Assembly: GCA_949514915.1 (NCBI GenBank)
Contig: CATFLP010000127.1
Span: 1 to 55,825, forward strand
Length of the DNA: 55,825 nt
From: Methanobacteriota archaeon
GTDB lineage: Archaea > Thermoplasmatota > Poseidoniia > Poseidoniales > Poseidoniaceae
Direction of reading: 5' to 3'
The notes under the pieces are model-generated. The model searched no databases and was not told the origin of the DNA. It saw only the letters and a program-made list of their open reading frames with translations. How positions within the stretch are numbered: the stretch's first letter is position 1; every line of letters starts with the position of its first letter. Shown here piece by piece: positions 1 through 9,095 of this stretch. A program made the position numbers and the translations under genes.

Positions 1-1
1 A

Positions 2-217
2 GGTCCTGGCGGCCCTCCAAGAAGAGGCGGTCCACCAGGAAGGAGTCCAGGCGGTCCACCAGGAAGGAGTCCAGGCGGTCCACCAGGAAGGAGTCCAGGC
101 GGTCCACCAGGAAGGAGTCCAGGTGGTCCATCAAGAAAAGGGCCAAGTGGTCCTCCAAGAGGTGGTCCAAAAGGTCCTTCAAGAGGTGGCCCTCCAAGCG
201 GACCTAGGCGTAGATAA
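2..217 (+). CDS. 3' end of a truncated gene encoding a Gly/Pro/Arg-rich low-complexity tail
   Basis: Frame 2 is open from the window edge to TAA at 215-217 and reads GPGGPPRRGGPPGRSP...GPPSGPRRR. It converges with sucD. Confidence 0.8.
   Translation, partial: GPGGPPRRGGPPGRSPGGPPGRSPGGPPGRSPGGPPGRSPGGPSRKGPSGPPRGGPKGPSRGGPPSGPRRR
26..130 (+). repeat. 24-bp coding tandem repeat GGCGGTCCACCAGGAAGGAGTCCA, 4 copies plus a partial (GGPPGRSP)
   Basis: Four exact copies at 26-121, no spacers, in frame. Confidence 0.95.
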
Positions 218-228
218 ATAGATATTTT

Positions 229-1152
229 TTATCTTAAACCTGCATCCTCTAATGCTTTTAGTAATACTTTTCCAATTTCAGAAGGATCATTTGCACATGA
301 GATGCCTGCTGATTCCATTGCTGAAACTTTTTCTTTTGCAGTACCTTTTCCCCCACTAATTATTGCGCCAGCATGCCCCATTCTTTTTCCAGGAGGAGCA
401 GTCATTCCAGCTACAAACCCAACAACTGGTTTTGTCATGTGTTCTGACACCCATTTTGCTGCTTCTTCTTCAGCAGTACCTCCAATTTCACCAATCATTA
501 CAACGGCTGCAGTTTCTTTATCATTTTCAAACGCACTTAGGCAATCTATGAAACCAGTGCCATTTACTGGATCTCCACCAATTCCTACACAAGTGGTTTG
601 TCCTTCACCAATACTCATAGTTTGAGCTACTGCTTCATATGTCAAAGTTCCAGATTTAGAGACAATTCCTATTCGGCCTTTAGCATGAATATGTCCAGGC
701 ATTATTCCAATTTTTGCACCACCATTTTCTCCTGGTGTAATAATCCCTGGGCAATTTGGTCCAATTAATCTAACACCTTTCTTTTCATTAACAAATGCAG
801 TTGCTTTAATCATGTCTAGTGTAGGGATTCCTTCTGTAATGCAAACTATAACTCCATTACCTTTTAGTGAATCAAAAGCATCTGCTGCTTCTATTATTGC
901 TCCTCCTGCAAATGGAGGGGGTACATAGATAACTGTAGCATCGGCATCAGTTGTTTGAATTGCTTCTTTCATGGTATTCCATACTGGAAAATCTTTACCT
1001 TGAAGATTCACAGTTTGTCCACCTTTTCCAGGTGTACAACCACCTACTATATTGGTTCCATATTCAACCATTTTGTCTGCGTGAAATTGTCCTTGTTTAC
1101 CTGTAATTCCTTGTACTAAAACCTTAGCATCTTCTTTAATCCATATAGCCAT
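229..1152 (-). CDS. sucD: Succinyl-CoA synthetase alpha subunit
   Basis: [22 protein letters not shown] and the phospho-His motif MGHAGA. Confidence 0.97.
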   Translation of the reverse strand: MAIWIKEDAKVLVQGITGKQGQFHADKMVEYGTNIVGGCTPGKGGQTVNLQGKDFPVWNTMKEAIQTTDADATVIYVPPPFAGGAIIEAADAFDSLKGNGVIVCITEGIPTLDMIKATAFVNEKKGVRLIGPNCPGIITPGENGGAKIGIMPGHIHAKGRIGIVSKSGTLTYEAVAQTMSIGEGQTTCVGIGGDPVNGTGFIDCLSAFENDKETAAVVMIGEIGGTAEEEAAKWVSEHMTKPVVGFVAGMTAPPGKRMGHAGAIISGGKGTAKEKVSAMESAGISCANDPSEIGKVLLKALEDAGLR

Positions 1153-2360
1153 TATTCTTCCCCTCCAATTAATGAAACTATTTTTTGAGCACCTTCAGCT
1201 AATGTTTCAGCAGTATGTATATTCAAGTCACTTTCAGAAAGAATCTTTCTTCCTTCCTCAAAATTTGTTCCTACTAACCTAACTACTAATGGCACATCTA
1301 AATCTAATGCTTGTGTTGCTCCTATAACTCCTCTTGCAATAATATCACAACGCATGATGCCCCCAAAAATATTTACTAAAATTCCTTTAACCGCAGGGTC
1401 GTCAAGTATGATGCTAAATGCAGTTTTTACTTGTTCTTCGTTGGCACCTCCTCCTACATCTAAGAAATTTGCAGGCTCACCACCATATAATTTGATTACA
1501 TCCATTGTTGCCATTGCTAATCCAGCACCATTAACTAAGCAACCAATGTTACCTTCGAGTTTAACATAAGAAAGGCCCGTATCTTTTGCTTTAACTTCAG
1601 TAGCTTCTTCTTCAGAAAGATCTCTAAGTTCTAAAATATCTTGATGCCTAAATAATGCATTTTCATCAAACCCAACTTTTGCATCAAGTAATATCATCTC
1701 ATCATTAGTAGTTTTTACTAGTGGATTTATTTCAACCATAGAGCAGTCTTTTTCAACAAATAATGTAAAAAGTCCTTTAATCATTATTGCAAATGATTTA
1801 GCAGCCACATCATTTAATTCTAATGAATTACATAATGTGTTTATTTGAGAATCTAATAATCCTTTAGACAAATCTACATGAATTTTATGTATCGCTTCAG
1901 GTGTATTTTCTGCAACTTCTTCAATATCCATCCCTCCTTCTTTAGATGCCATTATTAATGGCATTCTCATTTCTCTATCTACTAAAATTGCCAAGTAATA
2001 TTCATGGGCAATAGAACACCCTGCTTCGATGTATAAGTTATTCACAATTTTCCCATTTTCGCCAGTTTGTTTTGTGACTAATTTATTTCCAAGAATTGAG
2101 CTTGCATATTTTTCAACTTCATCTTTATTAAAGGCAATTTTAACTCCTCCTTCCATTACCAATTCATTAGTTTCTGGATTGTAAAGAGAACCTTTACCTC
2201 TTCCTCCTGCATGAATTTGACTTTTAACAGCAACAATTTCAGAGCCTAAATAGTCGTAAGCATTCATAGCTTCTTGAATTGTTTTACAATGTATGCCATT
2301 TTGCACAGGTAATCCTTGCATTTTGAATAATTGTTTACCTTGATATTCGTGTATATTCAT
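1152..2360 (-). CDS. sucC: Succinyl-CoA synthetase beta subunit
   Basis: MNIHEYQGK start (ATG 2360), [33 protein letters not shown]. Overlaps the sucD start by 1 nt. Confidence 0.97.
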   Translation of the reverse strand: MNIHEYQGKQLFKMQGLPVQNGIHCKTIQEAMNAYDYLGSEIVAVKSQIHAGGRGKGSLYNPETNELVMEGGVKIAFNKDEVEKYASSILGNKLVTKQTGENGKIVNNLYIEAGCSIAHEYYLAILVDREMRMPLIMASKEGGMDIEEVAENTPEAIHKIHVDLSKGLLDSQINTLCNSLELNDVAAKSFAIMIKGLFTLFVEKDCSMVEINPLVKTTNDEMILLDAKVGFDENALFRHQDILELRDLSEEEATEVKAKDTGLSYVKLEGNIGCLVNGAGLAMATMDVIKLYGGEPANFLDVGGGANEEQVKTAFSIILDDPAVKGILVNIFGGIMRCDIIARGVIGATQALDLDVPLVVRLVGTNFEEGRKILSESDLNIHTAETLAEGAQKIVSLIGGEE

Positions 2361-2445
2361 TTGCCCACACACTGCCCAATAAAAACACGTCTTTGAACTA
2401 ATCTATAGTCGCTTTGTTTATGACAACCTAGTCTTTCGCAGTGTT

Positions 2446-3441
2446 GTGCAAGTAATTGTATTGGCGGGAGGTTTTGGTTCAAGGCTTGCTCCTTGGACTT
2501 CACATGTACCGAAACCTCTACTTCCAATGTTGGATAAAACATTAGTTGAAAGAGTATTAGATTTATTACCAATAGACGAAGTAGATAGAGTAATTATCGC
2601 AGCAGGTTATCGTGTAAATGATATTAAAAATTATTTTGATAGTCTTAAATTACCATTTGAAATTATAGTACAACCAGAAAAAGAGCCTTTGGGTACTGGG
2701 GGAGCCATTGCAAATTGTAAGGATTTTATCACAGACACATTTTTAGTAATTAATGGAGATTTGATTACTAGTGTTGATATTAAATCCTTAGTCAATGAAC
2801 ATAAAAAAGCGGGAGTTTTAGCTACAATTTCACTTTTTGAAGTTGAAGATCCAACTCGTTTTGGAGTAGTTAAATTAACTAATGAAGATAAAATAATACA
2901 ATTTCAGGAAAAACCAACATTAGAAGAAGCATTTAGTAATTTAATAAATGCAGGAACCTATGTACTCGAACCTGAAATTTTTGACATAATGCCCTCAGGT
3001 GCTCATAGTATGGAAAGAGATGTATTTACGAAAATAGCACCATTGGGGGAAATGCTTGGTTTTGAATTTGATGGATATTTTGTTGATGCAGGAACACCAC
3101 CTTCATGGTTAGAATCTTGTCGTACTTGTTTTTTAGATAATCGTTGGGATTTAGGTGAAAAACAAGGAAATAATTGGATTGGAGTTGATTCTATTGTGAT
3201 TGGTGCAAATCTTATAGATTCCTTTATTTCAAATAATTGTATTTTAGAAAAGTCAACAATTGTTAATTCTTGTGTTCTTAAAAATGTAAGAATCAAAGGA
3301 GGATGTAGTCTTAGGAACACTTTAGTTGGTGAGAACGCAAAAATTGGTGAAAATTGTGATTTGGAAAATGTAATTGTTGATTACAATGCCATAGTTCCAG
3401 ATGGTTGGAAACAGTCTGGTGGAAGGTATCCTAATCAGTGA
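2446..3441 (+). CDS. NDP-sugar synthase (mannose-1-phosphate guanylyltransferase-like) with C-terminal left-handed beta-helix
   Basis: LAGGFGSRL..PKPLLP, EPLGTGG, EKP and hexapeptide-like C-terminal repeats. Confidence 0.9.
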   Translation: MQVIVLAGGFGSRLAPWTSHVPKPLLPMLDKTLVERVLDLLPIDEVDRVIIAAGYRVNDIKNYFDSLKLPFEIIVQPEKEPLGTGGAIANCKDFITDTFLVINGDLITSVDIKSLVNEHKKAGVLATISLFEVEDPTRFGVVKLTNEDKIIQFQEKPTLEEAFSNLINAGTYVLEPEIFDIMPSGAHSMERDVFTKIAPLGEMLGFEFDGYFVDAGTPPSWLESCRTCFLDNRWDLGEKQGNNWIGVDSIVIGANLIDSFISNNCILEKSTIVNSCVLKNVRIKGGCSLRNTLVGENAKIGENCDLENVIVDYNAIVPDGWKQSGGRYPNQ

Positions 3442-3473
3442 AAGTCAAAAAGTAGATGCTTCTGCTATGCTCA

Positions 3474-4145
3474 ATGACCAAACCAATAATTTGTGTAAAT
3501 TTTAAGATTCATCCACAAGCATACGGGGAAGAGGCTGAAAAATTGGCAAGGATTATGGCTAAAGTTTCTAAAGAATTTGGCGTTAAACTTGTTGCTGCTG
3601 TTTCAGCTTTCGATTTATCTCCAATTGTTTCAAAAGTTGATGGTTTAGAGGTTTGGAGTCAACATTTAGATGCAATAGATGTAGGAAGTTATACAGGATT
3701 ATTACAACCAAAAAATGCGTATTATCATGGTGCTAAAGGAACTTTACTAAATCATGCAGAAAACCAAATTCCATTAGAACAGATTGAAAAAACATTGAAT
3801 TTAATTCCTGATGGGATGGTGACTTGTGTTTGTGCGGCAGATGTTGAACAAGCGAGAGCTATTGCTGCTTTTGGTCCAGATATGATTGCAGTTGAACCTC
3901 CAGAATTAATAGGAGGAGATATATCTGTAACAACTGCAGACCCAGAGATCATTAAAAATACAGTGCTTGCAGTAAAATCAGTGAATCCAAAGGTGGATGT
4001 ATTAACTGGTGCTGGAGTAAAAAATGGAGATGATGTTAAAATGGCAATAAAATTAGGAACTATTGGAGTTTTACTTGCATCTGGTGTTACAAAGTCAGAA
4101 GATCCAGAATCGGTTCTAAGAGATTTATGTTCTTCATTAAAATAA
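3474..4145 (+). CDS. tpiA: Triosephosphate isomerase, archaeal type
   Basis: VNFK, LLNHAE, AVEPPELIG, GVLLASGV. Likely start is MTKP at 3474. Confidence 0.95.
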   Translation: MTKPIICVNFKIHPQAYGEEAEKLARIMAKVSKEFGVKLVAAVSAFDLSPIVSKVDGLEVWSQHLDAIDVGSYTGLLQPKNAYYHGAKGTLLNHAENQIPLEQIEKTLNLIPDGMVTCVCAADVEQARAIAAFGPDMIAVEPPELIGGDISVTTADPEIIKNTVLAVKSVNPKVDVLTGAGVKNGDDVKMAIKLGTIGVLLASGVTKSEDPESVLRDLCSSLK

Positions 4146-4152
4146 TATTTTC

Positions 4153-6546
4153 TTAAATATTAAGAAGATGAATAGATGAACTGATAGCCATTAAAATTCC
4201 TATTGGTATAATTAGAATTCCAACATATCTTGAAATATATGGTTCACTTAGATTTCCAAATAATGTACTTATTTTTCCAAAAGAGGCGCCAAATACTCTA
4301 CCAAATAGAACATTAATGCCCAAGAAAATTAAAGCAGTGATTAATGCAAATAACCCTCCAATTATGCCAAATAAATTAGTAATCATTGGGGTAGTGACCA
4401 TTTGCACAAAGAACATTGGATATATTGTCCAGGAGATCCAACCTACAAAAACACCTAATTCAATATCTCTTGTAGTTGTATTTTCACCTCTGTTTTGACG
4501 ATATAATTGTGGTAATAATGGATAAATCTTTTTCACTAAAAAGTTAACTTCTGGAATTTTTTGTAACCATATTAATGATATGCCGTGCCATAAAATCCAA
4601 ACAGAAAGAATTAATTCTACAATCCACCACATTCCTGGAGAAAATCCAATAATTGAAAAAATTATTTGAGGTAATGCGATGATTAAGGCACCTATCGCTC
4701 CTCCTATGATAGTTCCAAACCAAATAGAACCAGGGAATAGTGCATTTTCATTTTCTTCTTCATATTCAACATCTTCTTCTTTATTTGGAAGGCCATAAAA
4801 AATTCCAGGAATCCCCGCGATTAATATTAGCCCTAATAATGATGTGATTGAATTGTAAGATCCACCAGAACCAACTTTTTCTAATTCTTCAATAATCTCA
4901 TCTTTTCCTGCAAAACTAGGTTTTAGCCAAGAAATTGTACCAGATTTATCGATAATTAATATTGCATCACCTGAACCTGTAGGGAATTGAGATGCTATAT
5001 CTGCCTCACCAATATCCATTAATAGTGGCCAAGATCCATTTACAATTGTTGCATGGAAATCTAAATCAATTAATCGAACATTATTTCCTGTAGCTAGTTG
5101 TGCAATTGCAATATTCTGTTCACTTTCCATTAAAAGTTTAAACTCATTATATTGCTGTTGTGAATTTGGAGATCCTATCTGATATACTCCCAATACTAAA
5201 GCGTCTTTACCATCTAATAATTCATTCAGGCTTACAGAATCACCAGAGTGAGTTAAAAGATCAAAATTCGGAATTGGTCCATTTTCTCTGTAGAATGTTT
5301 TTCCTATATTTTCTATTTGTGATGCCCATGGAATTAATACTAATGTCATTAAAAGTAGAATTACCATTACTGGCCAAGGCATGATTCCAGAACCACGTAA
5401 TGAAAAACCAATAAAACAAATCAAACTTAAAAACCAAATAATGCAAAGTAACATTGTAGCGGAAACGCCATCAGTATCTGGATTTTCTACACCAAAACGG
5501 TAAGATGATTGAATAAATGAAACACTTACTCCAGACATTTTGTCTGCATCGGGACATTTTGAAACTGATGATGTATCCCAATCACTCATGTCTACAGATC
5601 GAATACAAGATTTCAATAAATGATGACCTGGCATTAATTGAATTTCCCCAACCCAGGTTAATGCAGTTCTATTTCCTTCTACAGTAGTATTTCCATCTGG
5701 TTTATCAAAATGCTCAATAAATTGATCCAAAGTATTTGTATCATAAACATCTTCATCTATTGGTCCCCAAACAAATAAATCAAAATGGCTTAAATCATAA
5801 TCATCCATTCCCCATGGAGAATATGGAATGAATTTCATATGAGGTATACGATTATCATCCACCTCAACAGTAAGATTTGGTTTTAATAAATCACCCTGAA
5901 TAACAATTCCAGTTGTTGTTTCTAAGCCACCCCACCAAAGAGTTGCTCTAGTAAATGCACAAGGGTGAGATACGGCCACAGCTAATTCAAAGGAATCACC
6001 TTCATTAATCAGTAAATTTGTATCAAAAATTTCAGTAGAATATTTTCTAATTTCAGTATGTCTTAATACGCCTTCGGAAGTTATAGTATCTTGTAGAATA
6101 CCATTTCCTCCTAATGATACATCAACATCAAATGATGTTACAGTACCTGTGCATAGTGATGCTTGAGCAGAACTCCCAACAGTTAAACTAACAAATAAAT
6201 CAACACTAATATTTGAGGAAATATTCATTGTTTCTGTAGCAGGTTTAGATGAAATTTCAAATAAAAGATTTGATTCAGGTCCAAATTCAATGTTTCCGAG
6301 TGGTTCTGCTGACGTTGGATAATTACGATCTAGTTTTGTTTCAAATTGTGCAGGGTCTTCTTCAGTAGGTAATTCTTGAACATAAATCATATGCTGTTCA
6401 GGTAATTTCCAACTTTCTGTCCCCAAAGGAATTGTTTCATCATCTTCATCCTCTTCAGCAGCTAGCGATTGGGTTGGGATAATCAAAATAGAAATAATCA
6501 GAAGCAGGAAAAAACTGATTTTCCTCCGCTTAACTGTTCCATCCAT
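4153..6546 (-). CDS. Membrane protein: signal peptide, extracellular domain, 2 TM, redoxin-like (AhpC/TSA/TlpA) domain, multi-TM C-terminus
   Basis: PIPNFDLLTHSGDSVSLNELL...WPLLMD...ILIIDKSGTISW matches the redoxin fold pattern. Hydrophobic segments flank it. Confidence 0.65.
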   Translation of the reverse strand: MDGTVKRRKISFFLLLIISILIIPTQSLAAEEDEDDETIPLGTESWKLPEQHMIYVQELPTEEDPAQFETKLDRNYPTSAEPLGNIEFGPESNLLFEISSKPATETMNISSNISVDLFVSLTVGSSAQASLCTGTVTSFDVDVSLGGNGILQDTITSEGVLRHTEIRKYSTEIFDTNLLINEGDSFELAVAVSHPCAFTRATLWWGGLETTTGIVIQGDLLKPNLTVEVDDNRIPHMKFIPYSPWGMDDYDLSHFDLFVWGPIDEDVYDTNTLDQFIEHFDKPDGNTTVEGNRTALTWVGEIQLMPGHHLLKSCIRSVDMSDWDTSSVSKCPDADKMSGVSVSFIQSSYRFGVENPDTDGVSATMLLCIIWFLSLICFIGFSLRGSGIMPWPVMVILLLMTLVLIPWASQIENIGKTFYRENGPIPNFDLLTHSGDSVSLNELLDGKDALVLGVYQIGSPNSQQQYNEFKLLMESEQNIAIAQLATGNNVRLIDLDFHATIVNGSWPLLMDIGEADIASQFPTGSGDAILIIDKSGTISWLKPSFAGKDEIIEELEKVGSGGSYNSITSLLGLILIAGIPGIFYGLPNKEEDVEYEEENENALFPGSIWFGTIIGGAIGALIIALPQIIFSIIGFSPGMWWIVELILSVWILWHGISLIWLQKIPEVNFLVKKIYPLLPQLYRQNRGENTTTRDIELGVFVGWISWTIYPMFFVQMVTTPMITNLFGIIGGLFALITALIFLGINVLFGRVFGASFGKISTLFGNLSEPYISRYVGILIIPIGILMAISSSIHLLNI

Positions 6547-6592
6547 GACACCTCGAGCAGTGATTAGTTGAATAATTAGCCCTTCAAATAAT

Positions 6593-7357
6593 TCAAAATA
6601 TTACAAAAATGATAGTAAATAATAATCCAAATCCTATTGCTGCATTATTTACTCCTCCTTTTGAAATCCATCCTCTATTTTCGAAAAGAGCACCAATTAA
6701 ACTATCAAATTGACATCCTAACCAACCAGCAATAATTGAGATTATAGACCAGTAAATTCCCGTAGTTAATTCAAACTCACTTGGAACCCAAGCAAAAATA
6801 AATCCAGATAACCCAATCATTAAACTTCCAATAAATGCTGCTTTTTGTCCTGTTGGTGAAAAACCACCATTTGTGCCTGGAGGCACCGTGTTATTTGATA
6901 AAATCAATTTCACTCTTGGATCAAGACATCCGAATTCTGATGCCCAAGTATCTGCTGATGCCACACAAACTGTTGAAATAAAGAGTGGTAATGTTAATGT
7001 CCAATCTTGAATTAAGAAAGCAAAAATTGCTACAGTGCCTGGAATCCCACCATTTGAAATAACATTTTTCCATCCGCGAGAACCATCATTGGACTCATTT
7101 ACTCCTAACTTTGTTTTTCTTTCCCAGCCCCATTTTGTTGCTAAATGGGCAGAAATAAGAAAAGTAAGTAGAATTACTAACCAAGACCAATGTCCTAAGC
7201 ATCCAATAATTGTTCCGAGACTTGCAGCTGCTAGAATCCCTTTTGCATCTAGAACTTTTGCAATGGTTGATAGTGAAATCAAAACTAAAATAATTCCGAA
7301 TGTAATCTGAATGTTTAAGGACGTAAATCCACCAGGAAGTTCACCACCAGTTATCAT
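6593..7357 (-). CDS. DUF92/TMEM19-family membrane protein
   Basis: RGWKNVISNG, ADTWASEFG, VPPGTNGGFS, DSLIGALFE. Confidence 0.9.
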   Translation of the reverse strand: MITGGELPGGFTSLNIQITFGIILVLISLSTIAKVLDAKGILAAASLGTIIGCLGHWSWLVILLTFLISAHLATKWGWERKTKLGVNESNDGSRGWKNVISNGGIPGTVAIFAFLIQDWTLTLPLFISTVCVASADTWASEFGCLDPRVKLILSNNTVPPGTNGGFSPTGQKAAFIGSLMIGLSGFIFAWVPSEFELTTGIYWSIISIIAGWLGCQFDSLIGALFENRGWISKGGVNNAAIGFGLLFTIIFVIF

Positions 7358-7384
7358 CGGAATAGTATAATCGATGAAGATTAT

Positions 7385-8881
7385 CTATACCATCTTATCG
7401 GGCAATGATTTGACATTATTGACAATTAACTTACCAATTAGGAGTAATCCACTTATTAGGATTAAAATCCATAAAAGGCTTCCAATAGTTGAAATAATTA
7501 TGTTTTCTGTGAATTTATTTAATAAATAATCAATTAAGAAACTACTTCCATTCCAAAAAGAGTGTCCTAAAATAGCTAATATCAATCCTAAACTCAGAGT
7601 TTGTGGTAAGTTATTTGATTTGTGTTCCGAAATATTCTCTTCTTTTTTGAAGAATATGATATTTTCAGTTACATTAAGTTCTATTGATTCTTCAATATTA
7701 TTCGTAGTTTCTATGATTTCATTAGTTTTCGAGTCTATTAATTGCCATTTATTTTCTAAGATATTATCCTTTTTATGACTCATATTATTTCTATCGGTAT
7801 CATTCTTTAAAATATACCAAGCAAATCCAATTCCTGTTAATCCAGTCCATAATGCGTGTCCTGGTATGGAACCTATTGCTCTTATGAGTGATGTTATTGT
7901 GAAACTTAATGGTCCGCCAGTCCAAGAAAGTGCAATGTATTGTAAATTTTCTAACATTGCAAAACCTAACCCTACTGTAATGCCGATTTCAAATCCCCTT
8001 CTTGGACTATCAATAAATTCTCTACACCACCATATGGCGGCTAATTTACAAATTTCCTCGCCAATTGGGGCAATTAATGAAAGTAGTAAAAGTTGAGATA
8101 GTGGTGAATCTAAACCAAATATCCCTGTGAAAAAGATATCTCCAGATGTATTAATCAATAGTGCAGGAATTGTGCAAATCATACCAGCAACAAGAGCAGA
8201 TTCTGCACGATATCCAGTAGTTGGCATATTCAAAGTTCTAGCAGAATAACTCCACCATGCAAATACAGGAATACTAAAGCCAGCAAGCCAAGTTGGAATA
8301 ACAAAAATAATAGTAGTTATTACAATAAAATCAGAGGGGTTATTCAATAATGCAATAAAGATCAATAATGAAATTAGCATTGTTGAAGCAAAAATCATCC
8401 AGAGTTTTTTTGATGGTGGCATATCTAATAGTCCTGAATCATGAACTAAATGATGAGAAAATTTTGTGGGTATAGGAGTAACTAAAGTTTCATTATTTGG
8501 TAAGATATGTGTTTTTTTCCCTTCCTCATTTGGAATTGCTAATTTAATATGGATTAATCTTGGTCTTCTAATCCAGAAGAAAATAAATAATAATGGTAAA
8601 GAACAAAATAAACCAATATAAGACATGAAAATACCTTCAAATTCTCCGAGATATAGTCCGAAAAAGATCATAAGGATTGATTGAGATAATAGATATGTAA
8701 TAATAACTAATCCTACAATTCTTTTTACAATTGCCCAAGGTTTACTCATCTGTGAAAGAATTAATTCATTTTGGGTGTGTGTCATTTTTTCTCTAAATAA
8801 TTCCCTTGGATTATTGGTAATTAAAACGGGTTGCGGAGTTAGCCCCCGGGTTGAATTTTGTACTTCTTCTCCGGGTTCCAC
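7385..8881 (-). CDS. PrsW-family (M82) intramembrane metalloprotease
   Basis: APIGEEICK, GLGFAMLEN, GHALWTG and GHSFWN motifs in a multi-TM protein. Confidence 0.88.
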   Translation of the reverse strand: MEPGEEVQNSTRGLTPQPVLITNNPRELFREKMTHTQNELILSQMSKPWAIVKRIVGLVIITYLLSQSILMIFFGLYLGEFEGIFMSYIGLFCSLPLLFIFFWIRRPRLIHIKLAIPNEEGKKTHILPNNETLVTPIPTKFSHHLVHDSGLLDMPPSKKLWMIFASTMLISLLIFIALLNNPSDFIVITTIIFVIPTWLAGFSIPVFAWWSYSARTLNMPTTGYRAESALVAGMICTIPALLINTSGDIFFTGIFGLDSPLSQLLLLSLIAPIGEEICKLAAIWWCREFIDSPRRGFEIGITVGLGFAMLENLQYIALSWTGGPLSFTITSLIRAIGSIPGHALWTGLTGIGFAWYILKNDTDRNNMSHKKDNILENKWQLIDSKTNEIIETTNNIEESIELNVTENIIFFKKEENISEHKSNNLPQTLSLGLILAILGHSFWNGSSFLIDYLLNKFTENIIISTIGSLLWILILISGLLLIGKLIVNNVKSLPDKMV

Positions 8882-8922
8882 AAACTGTGATATGTTTATT
8901 ATTAGTAAGTATATCTAAAAAA

Positions 8923-8991
8923 TTGCTACTCAGTTCGCCCATCAGTCGTCATTAAAACAGCAGTCGGATTAAGCGTTCATCACTGTAGCAA
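8923..8991 (-). ncRNA. Box C/D 2'-O-methylation guide sRNA
   Basis: Minus strand: 7-bp terminal stem TTGCTAC/GTAGCAA, box C GTGATGA, D' CCGA, C' ATGACGA, box D CTGA. An AT-rich TATA-like element lies about 20-25 nt upstream. Confidence 0.9.
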
Positions 8992-9095
8992 GTCAACCTA
9001 AAGGTCATAATAATTAGACTAATCTATTCTTATTTGTTATTTTGAAAGTTTTTATTATAGAGAAGGTTTGTAGTGTTAACAGTGTTTCGATACTA

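Noticed and set aside
26-130. 24-bp direct repeats as a CRISPR array
   Set aside because: The copies are head-to-tail with no spacers and stay in a coding frame.
6593-7357. Assigning the DUF92 protein as a prenyl-phosphate kinase by analogy with plant VTE6
   Set aside because: The family membership is clear, but nothing in the sequence or neighbourhood supports a specific substrate.
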